A DNA stretch of 64,000 nt from Polyangiaceae bacterium. GTDB taxonomy: Bacteria > Myxococcota_A > Polyangia > Polyangiales > Polyangiaceae. Under the pieces are notes generated by a model, which worked only from the letters and a program-made list of their open reading frames with translations, had not been told where the DNA came from and searched no databases. Below, piece after piece: positions 9,041 to 19,946 of the stretch (position 1 is its first letter; every line of letters starts with the position of its first letter). Position numbers and translations under genes: made by a program. The DNA lies in assembly GCA_044376115.1 (NCBI GenBank), contig JBILLK010000007.1, forward strand, positions 224,001 to 288,000, written 5' to 3'.

Positions 9041-9522
9041 CAGCCGGTCTTCTTCAGCGTGCTCAAGCATGACCAGGCCGCAGACCCGGCAGCGCTGCGA
9101 GAGGTCGAGACGTTTGTCGCGCACCCATGGTTTCTCCACGAAGAAACGCGGGGCGGAACCGAGCCGTGGCTAGAGCTCTTCATCGACTATTGGAACCGCC
9201 CCGGCTCTTGGGCACGGATGCCCGAAGCGATGCGCACCCTCACGCTCTCCCAGGTTGGAAGATGTTTCAGGAGGTTCGCGCCGTGTTCGAGGATGAACTT
9301 CGAATTGACCCGGAGCTGCAATCACTGCCCATCACCTTGATGGTCGGGGACCGCAGCACAGCCGCCTCGCAGGCGATATCGCGGGCTGTGGCTAAGCAAA
9401 TGCCGGCGTGTCTTGTCGAGGCGTCCGGACTTGCCCATATGGCTCCGCTGACGCATCCGCGACGGGTTTACGAAGAGATCGCGAGGCACTTTCAGTCGCT
9501 TCTGGCGCGAAATCACGAATGA
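9041..9522 (+). pseudogene. Alpha/beta hydrolase C-terminal fragment with frameshift
   Basis: QPVFF...FIDYWN.PGSW in one frame, GWKMFQEV...PITLMVGDRST...GLAHMAPLTHP in another (1-nt loss near 9254); no N-terminal nucleophile region. Confidence 0.65.
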
Positions 9523-9532
9523 ACAAATCTGA

Positions 9533-9553
9533 TTCTTGACTAAATCTAAAATT
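9533..9553. promoter_or_regulatory. Putative FurA-type operator / promoter upstream of katG
   Basis: AT-rich TTCTTGACTAAATCTAAAATT in GC-rich context; resembles the recalled mycobacterial furA box TCTTGACTAATTCCAGAA. Confidence 0.55.
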
Positions 9554-9612
9554 GGACCATTGTAGGGTACTGCTTGCGACCTTCACCGCGACCCTCGTTC
9601 CTCCGCTGGTGA

Positions 9613-11949
<2,337 letters not shown>

Positions 11950-12009
11950 GCATCGGCGCAAGCCGACCAATTGATTGCAAGGATTTCCAACTAGAATCAG
12001 GATGAAGCC

Positions 12010-12450
12010 ATGTCCGCGAAGCCCGTTGAACCTGCCCAGCTGCTTCGCGCTCATGGCGTCCAGGTCACGGCCCAACGCATCGCGGTGCTGCGGGCTGTTT
12101 CACGTTGCCCCCACGGCACAGCGGATGAGCTGGCCGAGGCGGTGCGAGCCGAGATCGGGGCGATCTCTCGGCAGGCCGTTTACGACGCTCTGTCGATGCT
12201 CGCCACCAAAGGGCTGATTCGGCGCATCCAACCAGCCGGCTCGTCGGCGCGATTCGAAGGTCGGGTGGGGGATAACCACCACCACCTGATCTGCCGCGTC
12301 TGCTCGCGGATGGTGGACGTTGATTGTGCGGTTGGCTACACGCCGTGCCTCACCGCGGCTGACAGCGCTGGCTACGAGATCGATGAGGCCGAGGTTGTGT
12401 ATTGGGGCCGCTGCCCCGAGTGCGTGGCGGCAACCCCGGCGCCGAAGTAG
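12010..12450 (+). CDS. furA: Fur family regulator, FurA/FurS type
   Basis: [57 protein letters not shown]. Confidence 0.9.
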   Translation: MSAKPVEPAQLLRAHGVQVTAQRIAVLRAVSRCPHGTADELAEAVRAEIGAISRQAVYDALSMLATKGLIRRIQPAGSSARFEGRVGDNHHHLICRVCSRMVDVDCAVGYTPCLTAADSAGYEIDEAEVVYWGRCPECVAATPAPK

Positions 12451-12512
12451 CGAGCGGTTGCGTTCGGCTCTTGCCGCGTGACGCAGCTCACGGTCGAAGT
12501 ACGACCTCGGCC

Positions 12513-14219
12513 TCACTCCCGTACAAGACGAACATCCTCGATATCCGGCTGATCTCCGCCCGTCACGAGCACGGCGGCGGTGGCGTTGGCCTCCGGAGCG
12601 CCCGGCCGATTGCCCCAGACGAAGATGTCTTGAAAGCGCACCTTGGTCGGCCCGAGTACGTGAAATACCGGCTTATCGGTCACGCTCTCATCGTCGAACA
12701 CGACGGCGGTCTTCCATCCGTCTCCGATGATTTGGATATCGGTGTTCGCAGGGATGACGACCGCGCTATCGATGTTGAGGCTGCCGTTTGCGCCGGAGAG
12801 GTGCACCACCGGCCGCGAGCCCGGATTGCTCGCCTCGAAGGCCACGGCTGCATCGACGGCGGCTTGGATCTCCTCGTCGCTGACGCCCTGCGCGGAGGGC
12901 TCGACCTCGAAGATCTCTCGGGCTCGCTTGACGGCGAAGGGAACGGCCTCGGGGACCTGCACCTCGATCGCTGAGCTGGCGACGACCGTATTGTCGACGT
13001 CGGTGATGCGACCGGTGGCTGCGATGCCTCCCTCGACCGTCAGCTGATTGCCGATCGCTGCGAGGTGAGCCTTTCCTTGGATGACCGGGCCAACGGTGCC
13101 AGACGCCGAACGAATGGTGTTGTCGACGACGTAAGCGATGGGCGAGGCGATGTCGATCGCGACGCTATCCAACGGATCCAAGATCACGTTGCCGAAGAAC
13201 GACTGTTGGTCTGCGATTGGGCGCCCAACGAACGGATCGTGTCGTTGGAAGGCGCGTGATTCCACCGAGAGGTTGCCGCGCGCCGCAGCGACGTTCTTGA
13301 CGTCACTGTTGGTCGAGCGAAGGAACGTCGACTGGTTGACGAAGATCTCGGCATAGCCGTTTCCCGCACAGGCGCCGTCATTGGTGACGGGGCCGTTCTG
13401 CACGCCGATGGCGCAGTCCTCGAAACGCGAGTGCCACACGAACCAATTGAACGAGTTGGCCGAGGAGGCCTCCACCCCGGCAACCGAGATCGAACGGAAC
13501 AGCGAACGTTCGACGACGATCTCAGCGTCGGCTTGGAAGCAGCTCAACTCCGCCGGCGATCGCAGCCCGTACTCGAGGTTCTGAAAAATCAGGTCCTGGT
13601 ACAGGTTCATCCCTGAGTAGTTCCCATATTGCTGGCTCACCTCCTGGCGAATGCCGCTCTTGGCCTGACCTTGCCCCTCGAACGTGATGCGCTCGAACTT
13701 GGTGCCGTTGACGGCGTCGACCCACATCATGTCGTCGCCGGGCGGCCCGTCCCACAGCAGCGTGACGGTCTCGGGGTCGTCTCCGACGAGGTGGGCGTCA
13801 TCGAGGTCCTGGAGTAACAAGGTGTTGGTGATGCGGTACGTCCCCGGCGGGAGATAAAGCACCCGCGCGAAGCCGTCGTCGCGCAGATGGTCGATGGCGG
13901 CTTGCAGGGCCGCTGTGTCGTCGCTGACACCGTCGCCGACGGCGCCGCCATAGGTACGGTCTGTTTTGGCGTTCACCCAGCTAGCGAACGGGCCGACGAA
14001 GTCGTCGGCCTCGCCCGGCGAAGCGTTGGGACCCGCCCCATTCGCACCCTCGCCGCTGGCGCCTGTGCCGTTGGCGCCGTTGCCGTTAGCGCCTGCGCCG
14101 TTGGCGCCAGCTCCACCGACGGCCGTGCTGTCTTCGCCCTCATCGTCGGCGCAACTGCATCCGAACGTTGCCGTTGTCGACAGTACGGCGGAGACCAGAA
14201 CCACCTGCAAGTTCCTCAT
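12513..14219 (-). CDS. Secreted right-handed beta-helix (pectate_lyase_3/GH55-like) protein, possibly C-terminally truncated
   Basis: GAVGDGVSDDTAALQAAID...LYLPPGTYRIT; second EIQAAVD repeat ends abruptly. Confidence 0.75.
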   Translation of the reverse strand: MRNLQVVLVSAVLSTTATFGCSCADDEGEDSTAVGGAGANGAGANGNGANGTGASGEGANGAGPNASPGEADDFVGPFASWVNAKTDRTYGGAVGDGVSDDTAALQAAIDHLRDDGFARVLYLPPGTYRITNTLLLQDLDDAHLVGDDPETVTLLWDGPPGDDMMWVDAVNGTKFERITFEGQGQAKSGIRQEVSQQYGNYSGMNLYQDLIFQNLEYGLRSPAELSCFQADAEIVVERSLFRSISVAGVEASSANSFNWFVWHSRFEDCAIGVQNGPVTNDGACAGNGYAEIFVNQSTFLRSTNSDVKNVAAARGNLSVESRAFQRHDPFVGRPIADQQSFFGNVILDPLDSVAIDIASPIAYVVDNTIRSASGTVGPVIQGKAHLAAIGNQLTVEGGIAATGRITDVDNTVVASSAIEVQVPEAVPFAVKRAREIFEVEPSAQGVSDEEIQAAVDAAVAFEASNPGSRPVVHLSGANGSLNIDSAVVIPANTDIQIIGDGWKTAVVFDDESVTDKPVFHVLGPTKVRFQDIFVWGNRPGAPEANATAAVLVTGGDQPDIEDVRLVRE

Positions 14220-14352
14220 GGCTGAGACCTTTCCAGGCGCCGACTCCCGCGGCGCTGTCGGTAGATGCTTTACCGAATGTACTACTATAGTTCAGTGGGT
14301 CAACCCTTGCGTCTGCCAGCTCAGTTCCGCTATTTCTTGGTACTGTGCGTCG

Positions 14353-15177
14353 ATGCGCTCCTTCGCAACGACCTTCCTTGTTCTGTGCTGCACCCTTGGC
14401 TGTGGTTCCACCATCACCGTTGAAGACGGTAGTGGTGGGGCGACGAGCGACGGCGGCTCACCCGCAGCTGGCGCTGCTGGTCCGGTTGGTCCGGGCGGCA
14501 ATAACCAAGGCCCCGCGGGCCCTGGCAACGGGCCCGGTCCTGGCAACGGGCCCGGTCCTGGCAACGGGCCCGGTCCTGGCAACGGCCCCGGTCCTGGCAA
14601 CGGCCCCGGCCCTGGCAACGGCCCCGGTCCTGGTCCCGGTCCTGGTCCTGGCGCTGGTGGCAGCTCTCCCGGCTGCTTTGACGAGTTTTCGGTCACAGCA
14701 CCACCACCACTTCCCGCGGTCGGCGGTCAGGGCGTGTGTTCACCCGATGACATCTTTCAGTTCATCGACGCCTGTCTGCAGGAAAGCGGCAACGAGCAGG
14801 TATGCAACGATTTCGTCAGCGCCAATTCAGCCTGCGCGACATGCTTCGGCTATCCAGGGCGCACGATGTTGCAGCCGGTGCTCATATCCGGGGAGTTCTT
14901 CATTCTTCCCAACGTCACGACGTGTGAAGCGCTCGTTCAGGGCAAGCCAGCGTGTGCCGCCGAGGTGACCAACTTCAACTTCTGCGTGTTCAACAGTTGC
15001 GGCCAGTGCGGGGACTTCGAGTTCGACCAGTGCGTTCAGTTCTCGCAGGGAGCCTGCAGCGCGTCGTTCCCGGTGAGTGACGAGTGCAGCACCCTGCTCG
15101 ACGTCCAGTCGCCCGAGTGCGGCGGGGATGAGATTTTTCAGCTGATCACCAACCTCGCGACCGTGATCTGCGGTTAG
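14353..15177 (+). CDS. Cys-rich lipoprotein with (PGNGPG)n linker
   Basis: TLGC lipobox, Gly/Pro linker, Cys-rich C-terminal domain. Confidence 0.7.
   Translation: MRSFATTFLVLCCTLGCGSTITVEDGSGGATSDGGSPAAGAAGPVGPGGNNQGPAGPGNGPGPGNGPGPGNGPGPGNGPGPGNGPGPGNGPGPGPGPGPGAGGSSPGCFDEFSVTAPPPLPAVGGQGVCSPDDIFQFIDACLQESGNEQVCNDFVSANSACATCFGYPGRTMLQPVLISGEFFILPNVTTCEALVQGKPACAAEVTNFNFCVFNSCGQCGDFEFDQCVQFSQGACSASFPVSDECSTLLDVQSPECGGDEIFQLITNLATVICG
14521..14628 (+). repeat. Coding tandem repeat, 6 x 18 bp (CCTGGCAACGGSCCCGGY)
   Basis: Read directly; encodes PGNGPG. Confidence 0.95.
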
Positions 15178-15188
15178 GTCATCAGCGC

Positions 15189-15701
15189 TTAGGTTGCCAC
15201 GCGAATCACAGTGGGTGGTAGCGCGCTCCCGTGCGCTACCCACTCGTAGCTGAACTCAAGCCGTGGCCGCCCCAGGCCAAAGAGCCGGCCGACGGCGAAG
15301 GCGGTCTCCTCGGCGAGCACCGGCTGCGTAGCGAACACCCTCTGGAATTGGCTCGCGCTGCCGCGCAGGGCGTACTTGGCGAAGCGCAGCGGGTCTCCTT
15401 GCTCCGGCTTCTCAACCTCAGGTCCAGTGAAACGGCGCGCGACGCGTTTGCCGTGGTTGTAGACCGAGCAATGACAGTCGTCGCTGTCGTAGACCAAGAA
15501 GGCCAAGGCCACGCACTGCAGCGTGTCGCTCAGCAGCCGTGCGTAGGTGGCAGCGCTGGCGCCGTCGAACGGGTAGATAGAGACCCAGCCGTTCTGGGCG
15601 TCCGAGACGTAGGCCGGCAAGACGCCCGGGGTCTTCGACAGAGCCGCGCCCACGGCCGCGCGCTCCGCCTGCAGATGAAGGTTGAACAAGAACGTCCCCA
15701 C
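15189..15701 (-). CDS. Hypothetical protein
   Basis: GTG start (MGTFLFNLHL); GWVSIY...ARLLS...AFLVYDSD; co-oriented directly behind the PP2C-like gene. Confidence 0.6.
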   Translation of the reverse strand: MGTFLFNLHLQAERAAVGAALSKTPGVLPAYVSDAQNGWVSIYPFDGASAATYARLLSDTLQCVALAFLVYDSDDCHCSVYNHGKRVARRFTGPEVEKPEQGDPLRFAKYALRGSASQFQRVFATQPVLAEETAFAVGRLFGLGRPRLEFSYEWVAHGSALPPTVIRVAT

Positions 15702-15713
15702 GCTCAGCAAGGA

Positions 15714-16616
15714 CTAGTCGCGAAAGCCCTTCGAGTCAAAGTCGCTGGCTCCGACGTCCGCCGCGATCACTGCGAGCTGCGGTGGACCGTAGGGCAGGGC
15801 ACGCAGCGTGTCTGCCACGTGCTCGATCAGATCGGGCAGCCGCCTGGTGGCGCTGTTCGTCAACATCGTGGAACTCAGATTCTCGTTGCCGAGCACGAAC
15901 CGATCGCCAGCCTCGAGCGCAAGCCGAGTCAGATCGAAGTTGGGCGCTTGCTCGCTGGTGCCAAGGACCTTAAGCAAGATGTTGTTGGCCTCGTCGCGCC
16001 CGAGTTGGCCGCTTTCGATTAATGAGCGGCCTTCAACGGAGCGGCCCAAGGTATGAGCCAGCGTCAACTGTCTCGGCTGCGCGGCGCGTACGAGCCACGA
16101 GCCGCACTCGCCCACCCAACATGAATAGAGGTTGGGCGGCGCGATCAGCACCAAGCTCAGCGAACAGCCGAGTCCGCGTAGGTTCGTGCGTGGCCCAGCT
16201 GCAGTGCCGAAGCTGCGTCCCGCGAGCGGCGTGCGGCTCGCCTCGAGGATGCGCTCGTGCGCATCGAGCATCACCCGGCGAAGCGCTGGCCCAACATCGG
16301 CCTGCGAAATGAGCGGCCTCTGCGCGTGATCGAGCAGGGTGACCACCGCCAACCCCGCCGCGATCGCCGTGCCCTCGTCCTTGTAATTGCCTTCGGCGAG
16401 CCCGGCGACCAACACGTCGCTATCGCCACAGCGCCACGGAGCGAGCGCCACCGCGCTCGTCGCGAGCGGCGACCAAGCTCCCTCGGTGCGCGCCAGCGCA
16501 TGCACCGGCCCGAGCGTGAGCTCCAGGCTCGCCGCATCACCGAAGCGCGCCGTACGACCGAGGCGAGCCTCGGCCGCTAGACGTGCTTCCAAGTTCGCGA
16601 GCAGCGACTGAGCCAT
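15714..16616 (-). CDS. Degenerate PP2C/PPM-fold protein (pseudophosphatase)
   Basis: PP2C motif order retained (GLGCS, WVGECG, QLTLAHT, NILLKVLG, GDRFVLGNENL) but metal-binding Asp residues missing; alternative start 16685. Confidence 0.65.
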   Translation of the reverse strand: MAQSLLANLEARLAAEARLGRTARFGDAASLELTLGPVHALARTEGAWSPLATSAVALAPWRCGDSDVLVAGLAEGNYKDEGTAIAAGLAVVTLLDHAQRPLISQADVGPALRRVMLDAHERILEASRTPLAGRSFGTAAGPRTNLRGLGCSLSLVLIAPPNLYSCWVGECGSWLVRAAQPRQLTLAHTLGRSVEGRSLIESGQLGRDEANNILLKVLGTSEQAPNFDLTRLALEAGDRFVLGNENLSSTMLTNSATRRLPDLIEHVADTLRALPYGPPQLAVIAADVGASDFDSKGFRD

Positions 16617-16749
16617 CGGCGCAGCGTACGCGAAGGGGAACGCGAACTGCGCGAAGGAGTGGCGGGCGCCGAGGTCATAGGCCATGTCGAGCTCGGCTAT
16701 TGACGAGACCTATCGCTTCCTCGAGGTCGCCGAACCTTAGACTCTGCGC

Positions 16750-19245
16750 ATGTCTCAGCTACCTCGCACGTTTCTTCGGGCACTCGCGCTGGTGTTCACT
16801 TTGAGCGTGGTACTCGGCTCGGCCCGACAAGCGCGGGCCGCCACCCTCGTCGGTGGCCCCGTGACCACGAACACCACCTGGACGCTCGCGGCGAGCCCCT
16901 ACGAGGTCACGTCGACGGTCACCGTCACCAACCACGCGCGCCTCACCATCGAGGCCGGCGTTGTTGTTCGCTTTCGACCAAGCACGGCGCTCCAAATCGG
17001 CCACCCCAAGTTCGACGTTTGTGAGTCGACCTGCAACGAGGTGGGTCGCTTGAGCGTGCTCGGGACGGCGCTGAAGCCGGTGCTGTTCACCTCCAAGTCG
17101 GGACTCCGGGGGGGCTGGCGCGGCCTCTCGTTCGGGCCTGCCTCCGACGTAACGGAGGGAGGAGCGCTCGTCTCGTTCCTAACCGTTGAGCGCGCCGGCC
17201 AACCGATCTCGTTCCTGAATCTGCCCACGCCCAACATCTCACTGCTCGAAACGGGCGAAGGGTTTTCGTGGAACAACGTGTCGAGCGTCGGCGGGACCGG
17301 CGACGGCTTCCGCCTCACCGACTCCGAGCTGCAGCTATCGTTGGCGAGCTCTACCTCGAACGATGGCGCTGGTATTCGCGCCCTCCGCTCCACGGTCGAG
17401 ATCGCAAAGTCCACCATTAGCGCCAACTCCCTGGGCGGGCTGGTCTTCCGCGAGGTCGCGGGGAGTGTGACCAAGAGCACGATCACTGAGAACACCGGAG
17501 CCGGAATCGAACTTGAGGACTCCGCCGAGCTCTTCACCAACCAATTCCAGCTCAGGGTCGCAAGCAACGAGATCAGCGCGAATACCTCGTACGCGGTCAC
17601 CTTCTTCTTCAAGAACAGACCAATCATCACCGGCAACACCCTTCGCCATAACGGCAGTCCAGGGATCCGCGTTGTCGGCGGGACGGCTGTGGTCCCGGCG
17701 CCATTCTCCAAGCAGAACGGCGAGTCGAACTTTGACGTGGTGGAGGCTTCGATCGTCCTCGACAACAACAACGAGCTTGTGATCGAGCCTGGTTGCGTCG
17801 TTCGCTTTGCGCGCTTTACTGGGCTGGAAATTGGAGAGGAGCCCGGGTCCCACGGCAAGCTCATCGCGAACGGAACCTCCACAGCGCCCATCCTCTTTAC
17901 CGCCCACGTCACTGATCCTGGGTCTTGGTTCGGCCTGCGCTTCGCGCCCAACGTGATTGGCCAGTCCAGCCTTGAGAATGTCATCATCGAGAATGCGGGC
18001 CAGGCGTACGCGCAGGACCCGTTGCCCGACGGGGCTGGCGCTGCCGTCTACGTGCATGGCAGCGGAGACTTGTTCGACTCATGGACGAACGTCACCGTGC
18101 GTGAGAGTGCCGGTCACGGCATGTACCTCGACGACGCGAGGCTCTCAGTTGTCGGAGGCAGTTACTCGTCCAACGCGCTGACCGGCATCTTCGTCGACGG
18201 GGCCGTCCTCGACCTTGCCGGCGCAGAAATGTCGGACAACGGGGATGTCGGGCTGCTGCTCTTTTCGGATGCTACCGATGCCTTCGTGCATGACTGCCTG
18301 ATTGAGGGTAACGGCAGCGATGGAGTGTTTGTTTTCGCAAGCCCATCCATCCTCACCGGTAACACGATCAGCGGAAATGAGGGGTATGGGCTGCGCTATC
18401 AGCTCAACCGGAGTACCGAGATTTTTGGGAATATCCTGGCCGCGAACTTCTTTCCCGGCGTGCTCGGGGAGGGCAGCTCGCTCACGCGCAACGAGGTGTG
18501 GTCACCGCAGACGGGCGAGCCATTCCTGACACTCAACGACGAAATCACGGTGTCGAACTCGGCGGAGCTGCGGATCGAGGCAGGGCTGACGGCGATGTTC
18601 CCCTCCGGTGGCGGGCTCCGCATCGGCTACCCCGACGGAGATTGCATTGCCGGCAGCGCACCCAGCTGTGTCCCGGTGTTCTATGGCCGGCTCACATTGC
18701 AGGGCTCGGCCTTAGCACCCGTGGTCCTAACCTCCACCGCCGGGACTCCAGGGAGTTGGCGAGGCGTGTCGTTTGGCCCGGTCACCGATCAAGGCAGTCT
18801 ATCGAAAATGGAGTACGCCATCGTCGAGCATGCGGGCCAGCCACGCAGCTCGTTGAGCCCTGCGACCGCGCTCGGAGGGGCGATTACGCTGATCAAGACC
18901 AGCGCCATCTTGAACAACCTCACCGTTGCGTCCTCCACGGGCCCCGGGATCGTGAGCGACACCTCAAGCCCGCTGGTGAAGAACAGCGTGGTCGCCTTCA
19001 ATGAAGGAGCGGGACTTCACGCCATGGGCGGGGGCGCTCCGTCATTCTCGTTTGGCGTGCTCCACCAAAACGCAGCCAACGTCGCGTGGCTGCCTGCCGC
19101 GAGCACGTTGAACGTGGACCCGATGTTCGTCGACCCCGTGGCCGGCAACTACGTTCCTGCGCCGGGGTCTCCCTGCATCGACTCTGGCACGTCGGTCGGC
19201 CTTCCGTTCTTTGGAGCGGCGCCGAACCGTGGAGCTATCGAGTAG
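16750..19245 (+). CDS. Secreted right-handed parallel beta-helix repeat protein
   Basis: Signal peptide ending ARA; three L.IE.G...F...L.IG...G.L...G....P...T...W.G modules; C-terminal DPMFVDP...SPCIDSG...GAIE. Confidence 0.8.
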   Translation: MSQLPRTFLRALALVFTLSVVLGSARQARAATLVGGPVTTNTTWTLAASPYEVTSTVTVTNHARLTIEAGVVVRFRPSTALQIGHPKFDVCESTCNEVGRLSVLGTALKPVLFTSKSGLRGGWRGLSFGPASDVTEGGALVSFLTVERAGQPISFLNLPTPNISLLETGEGFSWNNVSSVGGTGDGFRLTDSELQLSLASSTSNDGAGIRALRSTVEIAKSTISANSLGGLVFREVAGSVTKSTITENTGAGIELEDSAELFTNQFQLRVASNEISANTSYAVTFFFKNRPIITGNTLRHNGSPGIRVVGGTAVVPAPFSKQNGESNFDVVEASIVLDNNNELVIEPGCVVRFARFTGLEIGEEPGSHGKLIANGTSTAPILFTAHVTDPGSWFGLRFAPNVIGQSSLENVIIENAGQAYAQDPLPDGAGAAVYVHGSGDLFDSWTNVTVRESAGHGMYLDDARLSVVGGSYSSNALTGIFVDGAVLDLAGAEMSDNGDVGLLLFSDATDAFVHDCLIEGNGSDGVFVFASPSILTGNTISGNEGYGLRYQLNRSTEIFGNILAANFFPGVLGEGSSLTRNEVWSPQTGEPFLTLNDEITVSNSAELRIEAGLTAMFPSGGGLRIGYPDGDCIAGSAPSCVPVFYGRLTLQGSALAPVVLTSTAGTPGSWRGVSFGPVTDQGSLSKMEYAIVEHAGQPRSSLSPATALGGAITLIKTSAILNNLTVASSTGPGIVSDTSSPLVKNSVVAFNEGAGLHAMGGGAPSFSFGVLHQNAANVAWLPAASTLNVDPMFVDPVAGNYVPAPGSPCIDSGTSVGLPFFGAAPNRGAIE

Positions 19246-19250
19246 TCCGT

Positions 19251-19376
19251 ATGCAGGTGCTTCCCTCGGACAAGGACGACGACGAGATCGATGTCGAGTG
19301 GCTGGTGAAGCTCGCTGGCGCGCTCGGCATGAGCCGGATCCGCGTGCGCTGGAAGCTGCTCTCGTCCACCTCGTAG
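19251..19376 (+). pseudogene. Short ORF, probable gene remnant
   Basis: 41 aa MQVLPSDKDDDEIDVEWLVKLAGALGMSRIRVRWKLL with coding-like codons; stops next to a convergent gene. Confidence 0.35.
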
Positions 19377-19392
19377 ACGCGGACCAACGCAG

Positions 19393-19863
19393 CTACCTCG
19401 TAAACACAGCGCCCTGCTTGACCTTCCCGTCGGGGAAGAGCGTCAGCTCCCACTCGGCGTTGACCTTCTCCCCCGCGACGAAGAGCTTGAGCGTGTCGCC
19501 GGAGCGTGTGACCTCGGCGCCGAGCGACCACTCGCGGAAGGTCCACAGGCCGCGCTCGGTATATTCGGTCTTGGAGGCGAGCAAGCTGCGGTGGACGAAC
19601 AACACCTCGGCGTCGGTGAGCGGTGCACCGCGGAGGGCTTTGCGCAGCTCGGCGATCTCCGCGGCGGTGCCGGGAGCAGGCGGCGGCGTTGCGCCGTTGG
19701 TCGGTGTTGCGGCGGTCGGGCTCGTGGAGGTCGGGCCTGCGGCGGTTGCGCTAGGAAGCGTCGGTTCGACGCTTGGCGGTGACGCCGGGCCTTTGGCGCA
19801 GGCCGACATAGCGACAACGGCGAGCAAGCTGAAGAGCGCGAGGGACAGCGACTGAACGACCAT
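19393..19863 (-). CDS. Hypothetical lipoprotein
   Basis: ATG 19863; AMSAC lipobox, Pro/Thr linker, small globular domain. Confidence 0.65.
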   Translation of the reverse strand: MVVQSLSLALFSLLAVVAMSACAKGPASPPSVEPTLPSATAAGPTSTSPTAATPTNGATPPPAPGTAAEIAELRKALRGAPLTDAEVLFVHRSLLASKTEYTERGLWTFREWSLGAEVTRSGDTLKLFVAGEKVNAEWELTLFPDGKVKQGAVFTR

Positions 19864-19946
19864 CGCGTGCACGATAGCCGACGCACGCGCCGAAGGTGCC
19901 ACAGGCTTTTCGGTTAGGGTAGGCGGTGCTGTAGGATCGGCGGGCC

